DNA from: an uncultured Chitinophagales bacterium
GTDB lineage: Bacteria > Bacteroidota > Bacteroidia > Chitinophagales > S012-47
Assembly (NCBI GenBank): GCA_964471795.1
Contig: CAYYHM010000008.1
Location: 1-58,401 of the forward strand
Reading direction: 5' to 3'
DNA: 58,401 nucleotides
The notes under the pieces are model-generated. The model did not search any database, was not told the DNA's origin, and saw nothing but the letters and a program-made list of their open reading frames with translations. Of this stretch, positions 35,438 to 45,811 are shown one piece after another. Position 1 is the first letter of the stretch; each line of letters starts with the position of its first letter. The position numbers and the translations under genes were made by a program.

Positions 35438-38400
35438 TTATAATGTTACAACTTGCAGGCGTACCGGTACATCATTGATGTCTACGGTATCACCGGACGA
35501 CAGCGCATCCACTACTTCCAGTGTGGCAGCCAGTGTTTCCGCGCAAATATAATGGTTAAACTCATTGAGGGCGCCATCGAGGAAAGATTGGCGCTCTATG
35601 GTGATATGTATTCTGTCTGTTACGTTGAAATCTTTCTCTTTGCGTAACCGCTGTATGCGGTTCACAAGTTCCCTTGCATTGCCTTCATTCAACAGATTGT
35701 CGGTAATGGTGATGTCGAGGGCAACGGTGAGGGGGCCTTCGTTGGCCACCAACCATCCGGGTATGTCTTCGGAAGTAATCTCCACCTCACTCCGCTGGAT
35801 GCGCACTTCCTCGCCCTGCAGGCTGAAGTCGTAATATCCCTGATGCTCCAGTTGTCGGATCTGCTCCTGCGAAAACTGCTGCAAGGCTTGCGACAATGGC
35901 TTCATGAGGCCTCCTAGGCGGGATCCGAGTTGCTTGAAGTCGGGTCTGATTCGCTTCTTGATGACGCCTGCCGTATCGGTGAGGTACTCGATCTCCTTCA
36001 CGTTGACCTCAGACAATATCAGGTCTTCCACCTGCGCCACCTGCTGCCTGAAACGGTCGTCCAGCACCGGGATCATCATCCGCGCCAAGGGTTGGCGCAC
36101 CTTGATGTTCTCCTTCTTGCGCAGCGACAGCACCATAGAAGAGAAATCCTGTGCCAGCTGCATCCGCTCCTCCAGGTCAGTATCGATTACTGCTTCGTCT
36201 ACCTGTGGGAAGTGGGCCAGATGTACCGACTCTGCCTCATGCCTGCCTGATGCGGCGTTGAGATCGCTGAACAGCCTGTCGGCAAAGAAGGGTGATATCG
36301 GCGACATCAACATAGACACCACTTCCAGACAGGAGTACAACGTCTGATAAGCAGCCACTTTGTCTTCATTATACTGACCTTTCCAGAAGCGACGGCGGCA
36401 CAAACGCACATACCAGTTGGATAAATGATCATTTACGAAGGTTTGAATGGCGCGTGCTGCACGGGTTGGCTCGTACGCATCGTAGGCGGCATCCACCTCT
36501 TTGATGAGCGAATGCAGCAGGGAAATGATCCACCTGTCGATCTCCGGCCGGTCAGCTACCGGCACCTCCTGCTCCTGATAGGTAAACCCGTCGATGTTGG
36601 CATAGAGTGCAAAGAAGGAATAGGTATTGAAAAGAGTTCCAAAGAATTTCCGCTTCACCTCTTCGATGCCCTTCTCATCGAACTTCAGGTTGTCCCATGG
36701 CTGTGAGTTGGCAATCATATACCAGCGGGTAGCGTCGGCGCCATGTTGTGCAATGGTGGTAAAAGGGTCAACGGCATTGCCCAAACGTTTCGACATCTTG
36801 TTGCCGTTCTTATCCAATACCAGTCCGTTGCTCACCACGTTCTTGAAGGCCACGTCGTCGAACAACATCACGGCCAGGGCATGCAGCGTAAAGAACCAGC
36901 CGCGGGTTTGGTCAACCCCTTCTGCGATGAAGTCCGCCGGGAACGAGGCTTTGAAGATATCTGCATGCTCGAATGGATAATGCCACTGCGCATAGGGCAT
37001 AGCACCCGAGTCAAACCATACGTCTATCAGATCAGGCTCGCGGTACATGCGCTTACCGGTAGGTGACACCAGCACGATGTCGTCTACGTAGGGCCGGTGC
37101 AGATCGAAGTCGTCTGCCAGCGGGGCATCCATTACCCCTGCCGCCACGGCTTTGTCCACCTCCTGCTTTAGCTGTGCTACCGAGCCGATGCAAATCACCT
37201 CGTTATCATCCCAATTGTCTTCCGTGATGCCCTCGCTGACCCAGATGGGAAGGGGCGTGCCCCAGTAACGGCTGCGGCTCAGGTTCCAGTCTACCAGGTT
37301 TTCCAGCCAGTTGCCAAAGCGACCTGTACCGGTGAACTCCGGCTTCCAGTTGATAGTCTTGTTCAACGCAACCATCCGCTCCTTCAGTGCTGTGGTGCGG
37401 ATGAACCAGGAATCCAATGGATAGTAAATGATGGGTTTGTCTGTACGCCAGCAATGCGGGTAGCTGTGTTCGTACTTTTCAATCTTGAAAGCCCTGTTGC
37501 GCTGCTTCAGCAAAACGGCTATGTCTACATCCACAGACACGTAATCGGGATCGTCCGTATAGTTCTTCACGTACCGACCGGCAAAATCGGTGACGGCATC
37601 CACGAATTTTCCCTGCCGGTCTACCAGTGTCAAGGAGCCAATGCCATTTTCACGAGCCACCTTCATGTCGTCGGCGCCGAAACTGGGAGCTGTGTGTACA
37701 ATACCTGTTCCGTCTTCTGTAGTTACGAAGTCTCCGGTTATCACTACAAAGGCGTCACCATCTGCCGGCTGTGCATATGGGAGTAGTTGCTCATAGCGCA
37801 TACCGGCCAGCTCCCGCCCCATCTTGCGGTCTACCACCGCAAACGGCACCGGCTTCTCGCCCGGCTGCCAATTGTCTACGCCGGCCGGTTCAACTGCCAC
37901 AAAACCTGCCTTCCCATTGAAATATCGCTCATACAGTGCTGCCGCCACCCATACCTTGCCCCGCTGATCGGTGTACGGATTGTAGGAATCCACCAACACG
38001 TATTCGATAGCCGGACCTACTGTTAGTGCGGTGTTGGAGGGCAGTGTCCACGGCGTAGTGGTCCATGCCAGCAGGTACTCATCTTCTTTATCCGCTACTT
38101 TGAACTGTGCCACCATGGACGTGTCTTTTACGTCGCGGTAGCAGCCGGGCAGGTTCAGCTCATGTGAGCTCAAACCGGTACCTGCAGCCGGAGAGAATGG
38201 CTGTATGGTATAGCCCTTGTAGAGGAGCCCCTTCTTATACAGGGTGTGCAGCAGGTTCCACAGGGTCTCAATGTAATCGTTCTCAAAGGTGATGTAAGGA
38301 TTGTCAAGGTCTACCCAATAGCCCATCTTCCGGGTTAGGTCGTCCCAGGAGTCCTTGTACCGCATCACCTCCTTACGGCAGGCAGCGTTGTACTCGGCAA

Positions 38401-38752
38401 TAGAGATGGTTTTTCCGATGTCCTCCTTAGTGATGCCCAGCAGTTTCTCAACACCCAACTCTACCGGCAAGCCGTGTGTATCCCATCCGCCCTTGCGCTT
38501 CACCTGAAAGCCTTTCAGCGTTTTGTATCGACAAAACAGGTCCTTGATGGTGCGCGACAATACGTGGTGAATACCGGGCATGCCGTTGGCGCTGGGTGGC
38601 CCCTCATAAAATACGAAGGCAGGGCGTCCTTCCCTGCTGCTTACACTTTGGTGGAAAATATCATGTTCGTCCCAGTAGGCCAGCACCTCCTTGTCCACCT
38701 GCGGGAGATGAAGCTGCTCATGCTGCCTATAGCGGGCGTTCTTGTTGTTCAT
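35438..38752 (-). CDS. ileS: Isoleucine--tRNA ligase (long, type-2-like form)
   Basis: PSANGMPGIHHVLSRT (HIGH-type), KMSKRLGN (KMSKS), CP1 editing domain. 1104 aa. Confidence 0.95.
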   Translation of the reverse strand: MNNKNARYRQHEQLHLPQVDKEVLAYWDEHDIFHQSVSSREGRPAFVFYEGPPSANGMPGIHHVLSRTIKDLFCRYKTLKGFQVKRKGGWDTHGLPVELGVEKLLGITKEDIGKTISIAEYNAACRKEVMRYKDSWDDLTRKMGYWVDLDNPYITFENDYIETLWNLLHTLYKKGLLYKGYTIQPFSPAAGTGLSSHELNLPGCYRDVKDTSMVAQFKVADKEDEYLLAWTTTPWTLPSNTALTVGPAIEYVLVDSYNPYTDQRGKVWVAAALYERYFNGKAGFVAVEPAGVDNWQPGEKPVPFAVVDRKMGRELAGMRYEQLLPYAQPADGDAFVVITGDFVTTEDGTGIVHTAPSFGADDMKVARENGIGSLTLVDRQGKFVDAVTDFAGRYVKNYTDDPDYVSVDVDIAVLLKQRNRAFKIEKYEHSYPHCWRTDKPIIYYPLDSWFIRTTALKERMVALNKTINWKPEFTGTGRFGNWLENLVDWNLSRSRYWGTPLPIWVSEGITEDNWDDNEVICIGSVAQLKQEVDKAVAAGVMDAPLADDFDLHRPYVDDIVLVSPTGKRMYREPDLIDVWFDSGAMPYAQWHYPFEHADIFKASFPADFIAEGVDQTRGWFFTLHALAVMLFDDVAFKNVVSNGLVLDKNGNKMSKRLGNAVDPFTTIAQHGADATRWYMIANSQPWDNLKFDEKGIEEVKRKFFGTLFNTYSFFALYANIDGFTYQEQEVPVADRPEIDRWIISLLHSLIKEVDAAYDAYEPTRAARAIQTFVNDHLSNWYVRLCRRRFWKGQYNEDKVAAYQTLYSCLEVVSMLMSPISPFFADRLFSDLNAASGRHEAESVHLAHFPQVDEAVIDTDLEERMQLAQDFSSMVLSLRKKENIKVRQPLARMMIPVLDDRFRQQVAQVEDLILSEVNVKEIEYLTDTAGVIKKRIRPDFKQLGSRLGGLMKPLSQALQQFSQEQIRQLEHQGYYDFSLQGEEVRIQRSEVEITSEDIPGWLVANEGPLTVALDITITDNLLNEGNARELVNRIQRLRKEKDFNVTDRIHITIERQSFLDGALNEFNHYICAETLAATLEVVDALSSGDTVDINDVPVRLQVVTL

Positions 38753-41144
38753 GGTCGAAATCCAGTTTATCGAAGTCTATGTCCTCTTCTTCGTTGTACA
38801 CATCGGTCAGCACCTCGTTACGCACCGCCCGACGGTCTTCCCATCGCTTCACCGATACCAGCAGCGCCGGCAGGAACACCAGGTTGCTGAGCATAGCTAC
38901 CACCAGGGTGATGGAGGTGAGCCGTCCCAGGTTGGCTGTGCCATCGAACTCCGACCCGGTAAACACGATAAATCCGAAGAACAAGATCAGTGAGGTATAA
39001 ATCATGCTGACACCGGTTTCGCGCAGCGACACACGCACTGTCTTTACGATGTCCCAGTTGTGCCACATCAGCTCCTGCCTGTACTTAGCCAGAAAGTGGA
39101 TGGTGTAGTCCACCGAAATACCGAATGCGACAGAAAAGATCAGCACCGTTGATGGCTTCAGGGGAATATCGAAAAAGCCCATGATGCCCGCCGTTACCAG
39201 CAACGGGAAGATGTTGGGCGCCAACGACAACAGCAGCATCCGCAGCGAGCGGAACAGGTAGGCCATTATCAGTGCAATCAGGATGAATGCCAGCCCAACA
39301 GAGTACACCAGCCCGTCAATCAAAAAGTTGAAGCCCTCAATCGCAATGATGCTGGTGCCGGTAAGTTGTACGTCATAGTCTTCCGGAGGAAAGATGGAAT
39401 CGATGATAGGCTGTATGTCAGCCAGCAGCTTCGGCAGGCTGTCTGACCCGATATCAGCCATGCGGTAGCTGATTCGGGCTACCCGGGCTGAAGAGTCCGT
39501 AAACCGGATGCTCAGGTCTGCGGCCGTATCTACCTGGAACTTTCTGAGGTAGCTGCGCATGGCAGGGTTTTGACTCAGCTCGAAGCCTGTAGGCAGCCGA
39601 TAATATTTGGGGTTGCCGTTGTAGTAGGATTGCACCAGAAACTTGTACCCTTCTGCCAATGACAGCGGCCTGCTGAATACCGGGTACAGTGCCAGCGAAT
39701 CCTCCAGCTCTACCAGCTTCGCCATCGTGGTGCGATCGGTAGCACCCTTGTCTTTGCGGGTGTCAACCGTAATCTCGAAGGGCATGATTCCGGAGAACTG
39801 CTGCTCAAAGAACTTCAGGTCTTTGTACACCTTGGAGCTCTTGGACACATCGTCAAGGATGTATCCTTCTGCCTTCAACTGTACCAAACCGATGATAGCA
39901 AACACTAAGCCGACGCCAAATATCAGGTACACGATGCGGCGATGCGACAGCGCCCACACCTCCAAGAAGTCCAGAATCCGCAGCAGCACTTTGTTGTCCA
40001 GGTGCAGCAACTGCCGGGTTTTCGGCTCAGGCAGGTAGCTGAACATCACCGGAATCAGGATGACCGAAATCAGGAAGGTAGCCAATATGTTCAGGAAAGC
40101 AACGATGCCGAACTCGTCCAGCATCTTGGTGTCGGTAAAATAGAATACCCCGAAGCCGATGGCGGTGGTAAGGTTGGTGAAGAGGGTCACGAGACCGATC
40201 TTGGAGATGGTACGGGCCAGCGCTTTCTGTTTGTTGCCATGCTTGCGGTACTCGCTGTGGTACTTGTTGATCATGTACACACAGTTGGGGATACCGATAA
40301 CGACGATCAGCGTGGGCAATAGCCCGGTGAGGATCGTGATCTTATACCCTAGAATAACCAGCGTTCCCAGCGACCAAACCGCTCCAAACACCACCACTAT
40401 GAGCGGCAGCACAACGGCATACACGTTGCGGAAGAGGAACAGCAGCAATCCTGCCAGCACAACCATGGCAAACAGCAGGAACATCCTGAGCTCGCGGCTG
40501 ATTGTGGTCATGTTGTAGGTACGCAGGTAAGGCAATCCGCTGTAGTGCATGACCTCGTCATGTTGCTCGCCAAACTTGTCACCCAGCGCCACAATGGTAT
40601 CCACTATGCCGAGGCGGTCTTTGGAGTCGAGTTTCTTTCGGTTGAAGGTGATGGCCAGTATGGTGGCCTTGGTGTCGGGGTTGTACAGGAAGTGGCGATA
40701 GAAGGGCAGGTCGTTGATGCGCTGCTCGAAACTGTCTGCCGCTGCCTGCGAGGCGAGTGGCCCATCGAGGAACGATCTGATGACGGGACTGCGGGTGGCT
40801 GTATCCTTCACCACTTCAAAGGCATGGGTGATAGACAACACCGCCTCGATACCATCGATAGCCAGGATGTCGTCTCCAAGCTGCTTCCAGGCATTCAGGA
40901 ACTCCACGTCGAACAATGCCCTGGATTGCATGCCGATGGTCATCACGTTGCCATCTTCACCGAAGGTTTCGCGAAAGGCCTTGAATGCTATGTATTTCGG
41001 ATCATCTTCGGGTACAATCTTGGCAAAATCGTAGGTCAGCTGAATATCTTTCGCCTCCCAGGCCATGAAGCCGGTGAAACCAAACAGTCCGAGCAGCAGC
41101 AACAGTCTGTATCTAAGGACGTATATGGCGATGGTCTCCCACAT
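38727..41144 (-). CDS. RND-superfamily (MMPL/HpnN-like, sterol-sensing-domain type) transporter
   Basis: 805 aa. Two blocks of about 6 TM helices, each preceded by a large periplasmic loop. The 3' end overlaps the ileS start by 26 nt. TATCTTTG box lies 14 nt upstream of the start. Confidence 0.75.
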   Translation of the reverse strand: MWETIAIYVLRYRLLLLLGLFGFTGFMAWEAKDIQLTYDFAKIVPEDDPKYIAFKAFRETFGEDGNVMTIGMQSRALFDVEFLNAWKQLGDDILAIDGIEAVLSITHAFEVVKDTATRSPVIRSFLDGPLASQAAADSFEQRINDLPFYRHFLYNPDTKATILAITFNRKKLDSKDRLGIVDTIVALGDKFGEQHDEVMHYSGLPYLRTYNMTTISRELRMFLLFAMVVLAGLLLFLFRNVYAVVLPLIVVVFGAVWSLGTLVILGYKITILTGLLPTLIVVIGIPNCVYMINKYHSEYRKHGNKQKALARTISKIGLVTLFTNLTTAIGFGVFYFTDTKMLDEFGIVAFLNILATFLISVILIPVMFSYLPEPKTRQLLHLDNKVLLRILDFLEVWALSHRRIVYLIFGVGLVFAIIGLVQLKAEGYILDDVSKSSKVYKDLKFFEQQFSGIMPFEITVDTRKDKGATDRTTMAKLVELEDSLALYPVFSRPLSLAEGYKFLVQSYYNGNPKYYRLPTGFELSQNPAMRSYLRKFQVDTAADLSIRFTDSSARVARISYRMADIGSDSLPKLLADIQPIIDSIFPPEDYDVQLTGTSIIAIEGFNFLIDGLVYSVGLAFILIALIMAYLFRSLRMLLLSLAPNIFPLLVTAGIMGFFDIPLKPSTVLIFSVAFGISVDYTIHFLAKYRQELMWHNWDIVKTVRVSLRETGVSMIYTSLILFFGFIVFTGSEFDGTANLGRLTSITLVVAMLSNLVFLPALLVSVKRWEDRRAVRNEVLTDVYNEEEDIDFDKLDFDHEQQERPL

Positions 41145-41157
41145 GATTTAGCAGGCG

Positions 41158-41165
41158 CAAAGATA
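41158..41165 (-). promoter_or_regulatory. -7 box TATCTTTG upstream of the RND transporter gene
   Basis: Exact TAnnTTTG on the minus strand, 14 nt upstream of ATG 41144. Confidence 0.35.
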
Positions 41166-41303
41166 GACAAAACCCCCTGAAAAGCAGCCTCACTATCAAG
41201 ATTTACAGGGCTTTGCGACAATCAGAGAGCCGCTCCTGCCATGCAACGGAATCGAGTTGGCATACGTCTATCCTAACCACACGATCAACCCTCTTGTTTA
41301 CAC

Positions 41304-41311
41304 TACCTTTG
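41304..41311 (+). promoter_or_regulatory. -7 box TACCTTTG abutting the PorZ-like start codon
   Basis: Exact TAnnTTTG ending 5 nt before ATG 41316. A TTG (41294-41296) lies at a plausible -33 distance. This implies a leaderless or near-leaderless mRNA. Confidence 0.35.
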
Positions 41312-41315
41312 TACA

Positions 41316-43664
41316 ATGACCAGAATCATCGTCCTGCTCATATTGCATGTTTCGCTCCTGCCCAATCTGTGGAGCCAGGCACAGCCAGTATCTACCATCA
41401 TCGGCAGCTGGACAGACCTCCTCAACTACCGCAACACGGTAGGTGTAGCCGTTAGCGATTCCATGGTATTTTGCGCCAGCCGACAGGCGTTGTACACCTA
41501 CTCCCTGTCCGACTTCAACATCCGCAAACTCAGCAAAGCCAACGGCCTCAGCGACATCAGCGACGTAAGCAGCACCCTGCAGACAAGAATTGCCTACCAC
41601 CGGCAACTCGACCTGCTGCTGATTGCCTACACCAACGGCAACCTGGATCTGCTGCAAAACGGCAAGGTCTACAACATCCCCGACATCAAAGCCGCACTGA
41701 TTACCGGCGAAAAGCGCATCAACCATATCCACTTCCAGGGCGACCTCGCCTATCTGAGTACTACCTTCGGGGTGGTGGTGGTAGACCTGGTGAAGCGGGA
41801 AATCAAGGACACCTACCGCATAGGGCCTGCCGGCTCGCCGGTGCCTGTGCTGGCAGTGACTACCTCCACCGACTCCATCTATGCCGCCTCTGCTGCCGGC
41901 CTGTTCCATGCCAGCCTGGCCCCCGGCATCAACCTACTGAACTTTGCCAACTGGCAAGCCGACACGGGCCGCGGACTACCGGCATCACCTGTCCGGGAAG
42001 TGATCACCTTTCAGGGTGACATCTATGCCGCCATCGACACGGTGGTGTATCGCCTGAAGCCCGGTGGGACCTGGCAAACATGGTACAGCCCGGGAAATTG
42101 GCAAATCATCGACCTGTCAGCATCGGGGCCACACCTCATGACTTTGGAGATCATCCCCGGCAGCGGCGTTTTTCCTGATGATGCGCGGGTGGGTCGGTTA
42201 TCCAGCAACAAATTCGACTATCCCATTGGCAAGGACCTGCTTACCATCCCCCGGCAGGTAGAAGAGAGTACTAATGGCGATATCTGGGTGGCGGATTTCG
42301 CCGAAGGGCTCATCAAGTTCACCCCGGCCGGCAGTGCCTACCTGTATCCCCAAGGCCCCGCCAGCTCGGCAGTATACGACATGACCATACAGGATGGTGT
42401 GTTATGGGCAGCACCCGGCGGTGTTGATGATGCCTTCGGATATACCTTCAACCGCGATGGCATCTTTTCCTACAACTCGGAAGGGTATTGGTACACCTAT
42501 AATCAGTTCAACAACCCACCCTTGTCGGATTACCTGGATCTCATTGTCGCCAAGTCCGACCCACTAACCGGTCGCATCTGGTTTGGATCGTACTGGGGTG
42601 GACTTATCCGCTACGAAAACACGCAATTTACCTATTACAACAAGGACAACTCCAGTCTGCAAGCACCTACCGGCGACCCCAACCGAACCACCGTGAGCGG
42701 TATAGCCACCGATGGCGACGGCAATGCATGGGTAGCCAACAACCTGGTGTCCAAACCGCTGTCTGTGTTTACACCCGACGGCAAGAGCCAGGCATTCAGC
42801 TTTCCCGGTGGCATCACCCAAGCCTCTGATATCGTTGTTGACGACTTTGGACAGAAGTGGATCGTAGCTGCCCGCAACAGCAGTGTGGGTATGGTAGTGT
42901 ACGATAGTGGAGACGATCCGCTGTCTACCTCAGACGACCAGGCGCGACTGGTGACCTCCGTCCCCGGCAACGGCAACCTCCACACCAACGAAGTAACCAC
43001 ACTGGCCGTGGATGCCGACGGCGAGCTGTGGATCGGCACCACAGAAGGCATCACGGTGATCTATACTCCCGGCGCCGCATTCACCTCCGGCAACATCGAC
43101 GCCAATCGCATACTGGTAGAGGAAGATGGCGAGTTCAACTACCTGCTGGAATCTGAATACATCAACTGCATTGCTGTAGATGGCGCCAACCGCAAATGGA
43201 TAGGCACCAACAATGGCGCATTCCTGATGAGTGCCGACGGGCGCACACAGGTATTGTTCGTCAACGAGGCCAACAGCCCGCTGTTGTCCAACACTGTGCT
43301 GGACATAGAGATAGATCCCACCACGGGCACCGTGTATTTTGGCACCAGCAGAGGTATGATAGCCTACCGGGGCTCCGCTACACAAGGCCCCGAAACAGGA
43401 ACAGGATGCCGCATCTATCCCAACCCCGTACGTGAAACCTACAGTGGCCCCATCACCATAGACGGCGTAATCAACAATGCCAACGTAAAGATTACCGATG
43501 TCGGTGGCATGATGGTTTGGGAAACCACCGCTCAAGGTGGTCGGGTAATCTGGGATGGCAACAACTACAATGGCGAGCGGGCTCGTACCGGCATCTACCT
43601 GGTTTTCATCTCCAACCCCGACGGCAGCAGCACTGATGTGTGCAAGCTGATGCTGGTCAACTGA
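41316..43664 (+). CDS. porZ: Two-propeller (two-component-regulator-propeller repeats) protein with T9SS type-A C-terminal domain; PorZ-like
   Basis: Signal peptide. Repeated N..T.LAVD.DGELWIGT..G type Reg_prop motifs. C-terminus CRIYPNPV...ITDVGG...IWDG.N..G...TGIYLV is a type-A CTD. The size (782 aa) and architecture match PorZ. Confidence 0.6.
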   Translation: MTRIIVLLILHVSLLPNLWSQAQPVSTIIGSWTDLLNYRNTVGVAVSDSMVFCASRQALYTYSLSDFNIRKLSKANGLSDISDVSSTLQTRIAYHRQLDLLLIAYTNGNLDLLQNGKVYNIPDIKAALITGEKRINHIHFQGDLAYLSTTFGVVVVDLVKREIKDTYRIGPAGSPVPVLAVTTSTDSIYAASAAGLFHASLAPGINLLNFANWQADTGRGLPASPVREVITFQGDIYAAIDTVVYRLKPGGTWQTWYSPGNWQIIDLSASGPHLMTLEIIPGSGVFPDDARVGRLSSNKFDYPIGKDLLTIPRQVEESTNGDIWVADFAEGLIKFTPAGSAYLYPQGPASSAVYDMTIQDGVLWAAPGGVDDAFGYTFNRDGIFSYNSEGYWYTYNQFNNPPLSDYLDLIVAKSDPLTGRIWFGSYWGGLIRYENTQFTYYNKDNSSLQAPTGDPNRTTVSGIATDGDGNAWVANNLVSKPLSVFTPDGKSQAFSFPGGITQASDIVVDDFGQKWIVAARNSSVGMVVYDSGDDPLSTSDDQARLVTSVPGNGNLHTNEVTTLAVDADGELWIGTTEGITVIYTPGAAFTSGNIDANRILVEEDGEFNYLLESEYINCIAVDGANRKWIGTNNGAFLMSADGRTQVLFVNEANSPLLSNTVLDIEIDPTTGTVYFGTSRGMIAYRGSATQGPETGTGCRIYPNPVRETYSGPITIDGVINNANVKITDVGGMMVWETTAQGGRVIWDGNNYNGERARTGIYLVFISNPDGSSTDVCKLMLVN

Positions 43665-43674
43665 ACCCGATAGC

Positions 43675-44394
43675 ATGCTGGTTTCCACGAAAGGAATAGT
43701 GCTGCGCCAGGTGAAGTATGGAGATACCAGCCTTATCTGTACCCTGTTTACCGCTGAGTTGGGTGTACAATCCTACATCATCAATGGTGCCCGCAGTGCC
43801 CGGGGTGCAGCCAAAGCCAACATGCTTCGGCCCATGTCCCTGCTGCAACTGGTGGTATACCACAAAGATGGCAAACAGCTGCAGCGCATCCGCGAGATGT
43901 CATTCGATTACCTGTATCAGACACTGCTGTTCGATGTGGTTAAAGGTGCCGTCGGCCTGTTCCTGATAGAGGTATTGAGCAAGGTGCTGAAGGAGGAGGG
44001 CGAAAGCCATCACTTGTATGATTGGGTGAGTAACGTGTTCGTCCGGCTCGACAAACTGGACACCTCGTTGGCACTGTATCCGCACTCCGTATTACTCGAG
44101 CTGGCCGGTCAGTTAGGCTTTGGCCTGCAACCACAGGAGCCCGGACAGCCGTGGTTCGATATGCAGGAGGGCGTATTTGTGGACACCCAGCCATTGCATC
44201 CCAACTTCATCAGCGGACCTACAGCGCAGCTGCTGGCCAACCTGCTGGCTACTGATGAGGCCTGGGAAACAGCCCATGCCCCCTCCTCAGTCCGCAGGGC
44301 CTTGCTCGGCGATCTGCTTCGCTACTTCGAACTACATGTGGAAGGCTTCCCCCGCATTCATGCACATGCCATCCTGGAGAGTGTGTTCCGCTGA
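43675..44394 (+). CDS. recO: DNA repair protein RecO
   Basis: N-terminal OB-fold motif (TKGIVLRQVKYGDTSLI...). 239 aa. Starts 10 nt after the upstream stop. Confidence 0.8.
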   Translation: MLVSTKGIVLRQVKYGDTSLICTLFTAELGVQSYIINGARSARGAAKANMLRPMSLLQLVVYHKDGKQLQRIREMSFDYLYQTLLFDVVKGAVGLFLIEVLSKVLKEEGESHHLYDWVSNVFVRLDKLDTSLALYPHSVLLELAGQLGFGLQPQEPGQPWFDMQEGVFVDTQPLHPNFISGPTAQLLANLLATDEAWETAHAPSSVRRALLGDLLRYFELHVEGFPRIHAHAILESVFR

Positions 44395-44398
44395 ACTT

Positions 44399-45124
44399 TC
44401 AGCCATAGATCTCCAAGTGGATGGATGAGGCAGGATATCCCATGGCCGCCAGCCGCTCCCGTGCTTCATCGATCATGTTCTTCCAGCCACACAGATAGAA
44501 ATGTGCCGGTCTTTTATCCGCATACAACGCTTCATAGACGGGATGCACATATCCATTGAGACCTGTCCAACTGTCGGATTCCTCTCGCGACAACGTGGGA
44601 TGATAGCTGAACTGCGGCAGCGACTGCGACAACTCTTCCATCTCATGTCCAAACAGGATGTCCTGCTGATAGCGGGTGCCATAGATCAGGTGTATAGCAG
44701 GTGTATCTGCTCGGCGTCGCAGCAAATCCCACAGCATACTGCGGAAGGGTGCTATTCCTGTTCCGGTGCAGATGAAGCAGATCTCCTGATCAGTTGGCTC
44801 GGGAAGCGTGAATCGGCCCAGAGGCCCCATCAGCATCACCTCCGTACCTACCGTAGCTTCCTCAAACAGGTAGCGGGTGCCCTTGCCTCCTTCAACCTGC
44901 ACGATAACCAGCTCAATGATGCCATCACCGGCCGGAGCCGAAGCTATCGAGTAGCTGCGCCAACGGTCTTTGGGCTTGTCGCCAATGGGTAGGTCGAGGG
45001 TTACAAACTGGCCGGCAGTGAATGGAAAGCCGTCAGCATCGTCCACTTGAAAGGTGAACAGTCGGGTAGCCGGCGCTACCTGTTCCACCCGGATGATACG
45101 GCTTTGTAGGAAAGTACGGGACAT
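44399..45124 (-). CDS. Ferredoxin--NADP(+) reductase-type flavoprotein (FAD_binding_6 + NAD_binding_1)
   Basis: RSYSIAS FAD-binding motif and CTGTGIAPF NAD(P)-binding motif. Confidence 0.75.
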   Translation of the reverse strand: MSRTFLQSRIIRVEQVAPATRLFTFQVDDADGFPFTAGQFVTLDLPIGDKPKDRWRSYSIASAPAGDGIIELVIVQVEGGKGTRYLFEEATVGTEVMLMGPLGRFTLPEPTDQEICFICTGTGIAPFRSMLWDLLRRRADTPAIHLIYGTRYQQDILFGHEMEELSQSLPQFSYHPTLSREESDSWTGLNGYVHPVYEALYADKRPAHFYLCGWKNMIDEARERLAAMGYPASSIHLEIYG

Positions 45125-45147
45125 ACTTAAATGTACATAAATCCACG

Positions 45148-45168
45148 GTTACAAACGATGATTGTAAC
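45148..45168. promoter_or_regulatory. Inverted repeat GTTACAA-n7-TTGTAAC in the fpr/ydcF divergent region
   Basis: Perfect 7-bp arms read directly. The repeat lies 24 nt from the reductase start and 26 nt from the ydcF-like start. Confidence 0.3.
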
Positions 45169-45193
45169 TTGCAATTCCAAATTCCCACTATAC

Positions 45194-45811
45194 ATGAAGC
45201 GAAGGCATGTTTTGTTATTGATAGGGATGGTGGCGGTAGTGGCGCTCTGGTGGTGGCGCACCCCACTGCTGCGGCAAATAGGGACGGTACTGATTGTACA
45301 GGATGTGCTGGAAGAAGCCGACGTCATCATCGTGCTGGCAGGGCAGCCGATCGACCGTGCCGGCCATGCAGCTACCTTATACCGGCAGGGACTGGCACCC
45401 CAACTCATCTGCACCGGCGGCGCAGTACCGCCCGATTTCGAAGCCATTGACGTCACCCTGGTAGAGAGCGACATCACCAAGTGGCGACTTACACAACTGG
45501 GTGTGCCCGATGCTGCCATTACTCAGGTATGCTATGCCACCAGTACGGCCGAGGAAGCTGACACACTCGCCCGCATTGCCGTGGAGATGGGTCTGCGCAG
45601 CTGCATCGTCGTCACCAACGCCTTCCACAGCAGGCGGGTAAAGAAGGTGTTTCGAAAAGCATTTCGTGATACCGGCGTACGGCTTATGGTGGCGCCGGCA
45701 CCCTCCTCACAGTATGACGAACAGGAATGGTGGAAGTACGAGCATGGCCTGCTGGCCGTCAACAATGAATACGTAAAGCTGCTGTACTACCTGCTGAAAG
45801 GCTACCTCTAA
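45194..45811 (+). CDS. YdcF/ElyC (DUF218) family protein
   Basis: One N-terminal TM segment, then ADVIIVLAG...LICTGG and VVTNAFHSRR motifs. The ATG at 45194 is preferred over the track start at 45131. Confidence 0.7.
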   Translation: MKRRHVLLLIGMVAVVALWWWRTPLLRQIGTVLIVQDVLEEADVIIVLAGQPIDRAGHAATLYRQGLAPQLICTGGAVPPDFEAIDVTLVESDITKWRLTQLGVPDAAITQVCYATSTAEEADTLARIAVEMGLRSCIVVTNAFHSRRVKKVFRKAFRDTGVRLMVAPAPSSQYDEQEWWKYEHGLLAVNNEYVKLLYYLLKGYL

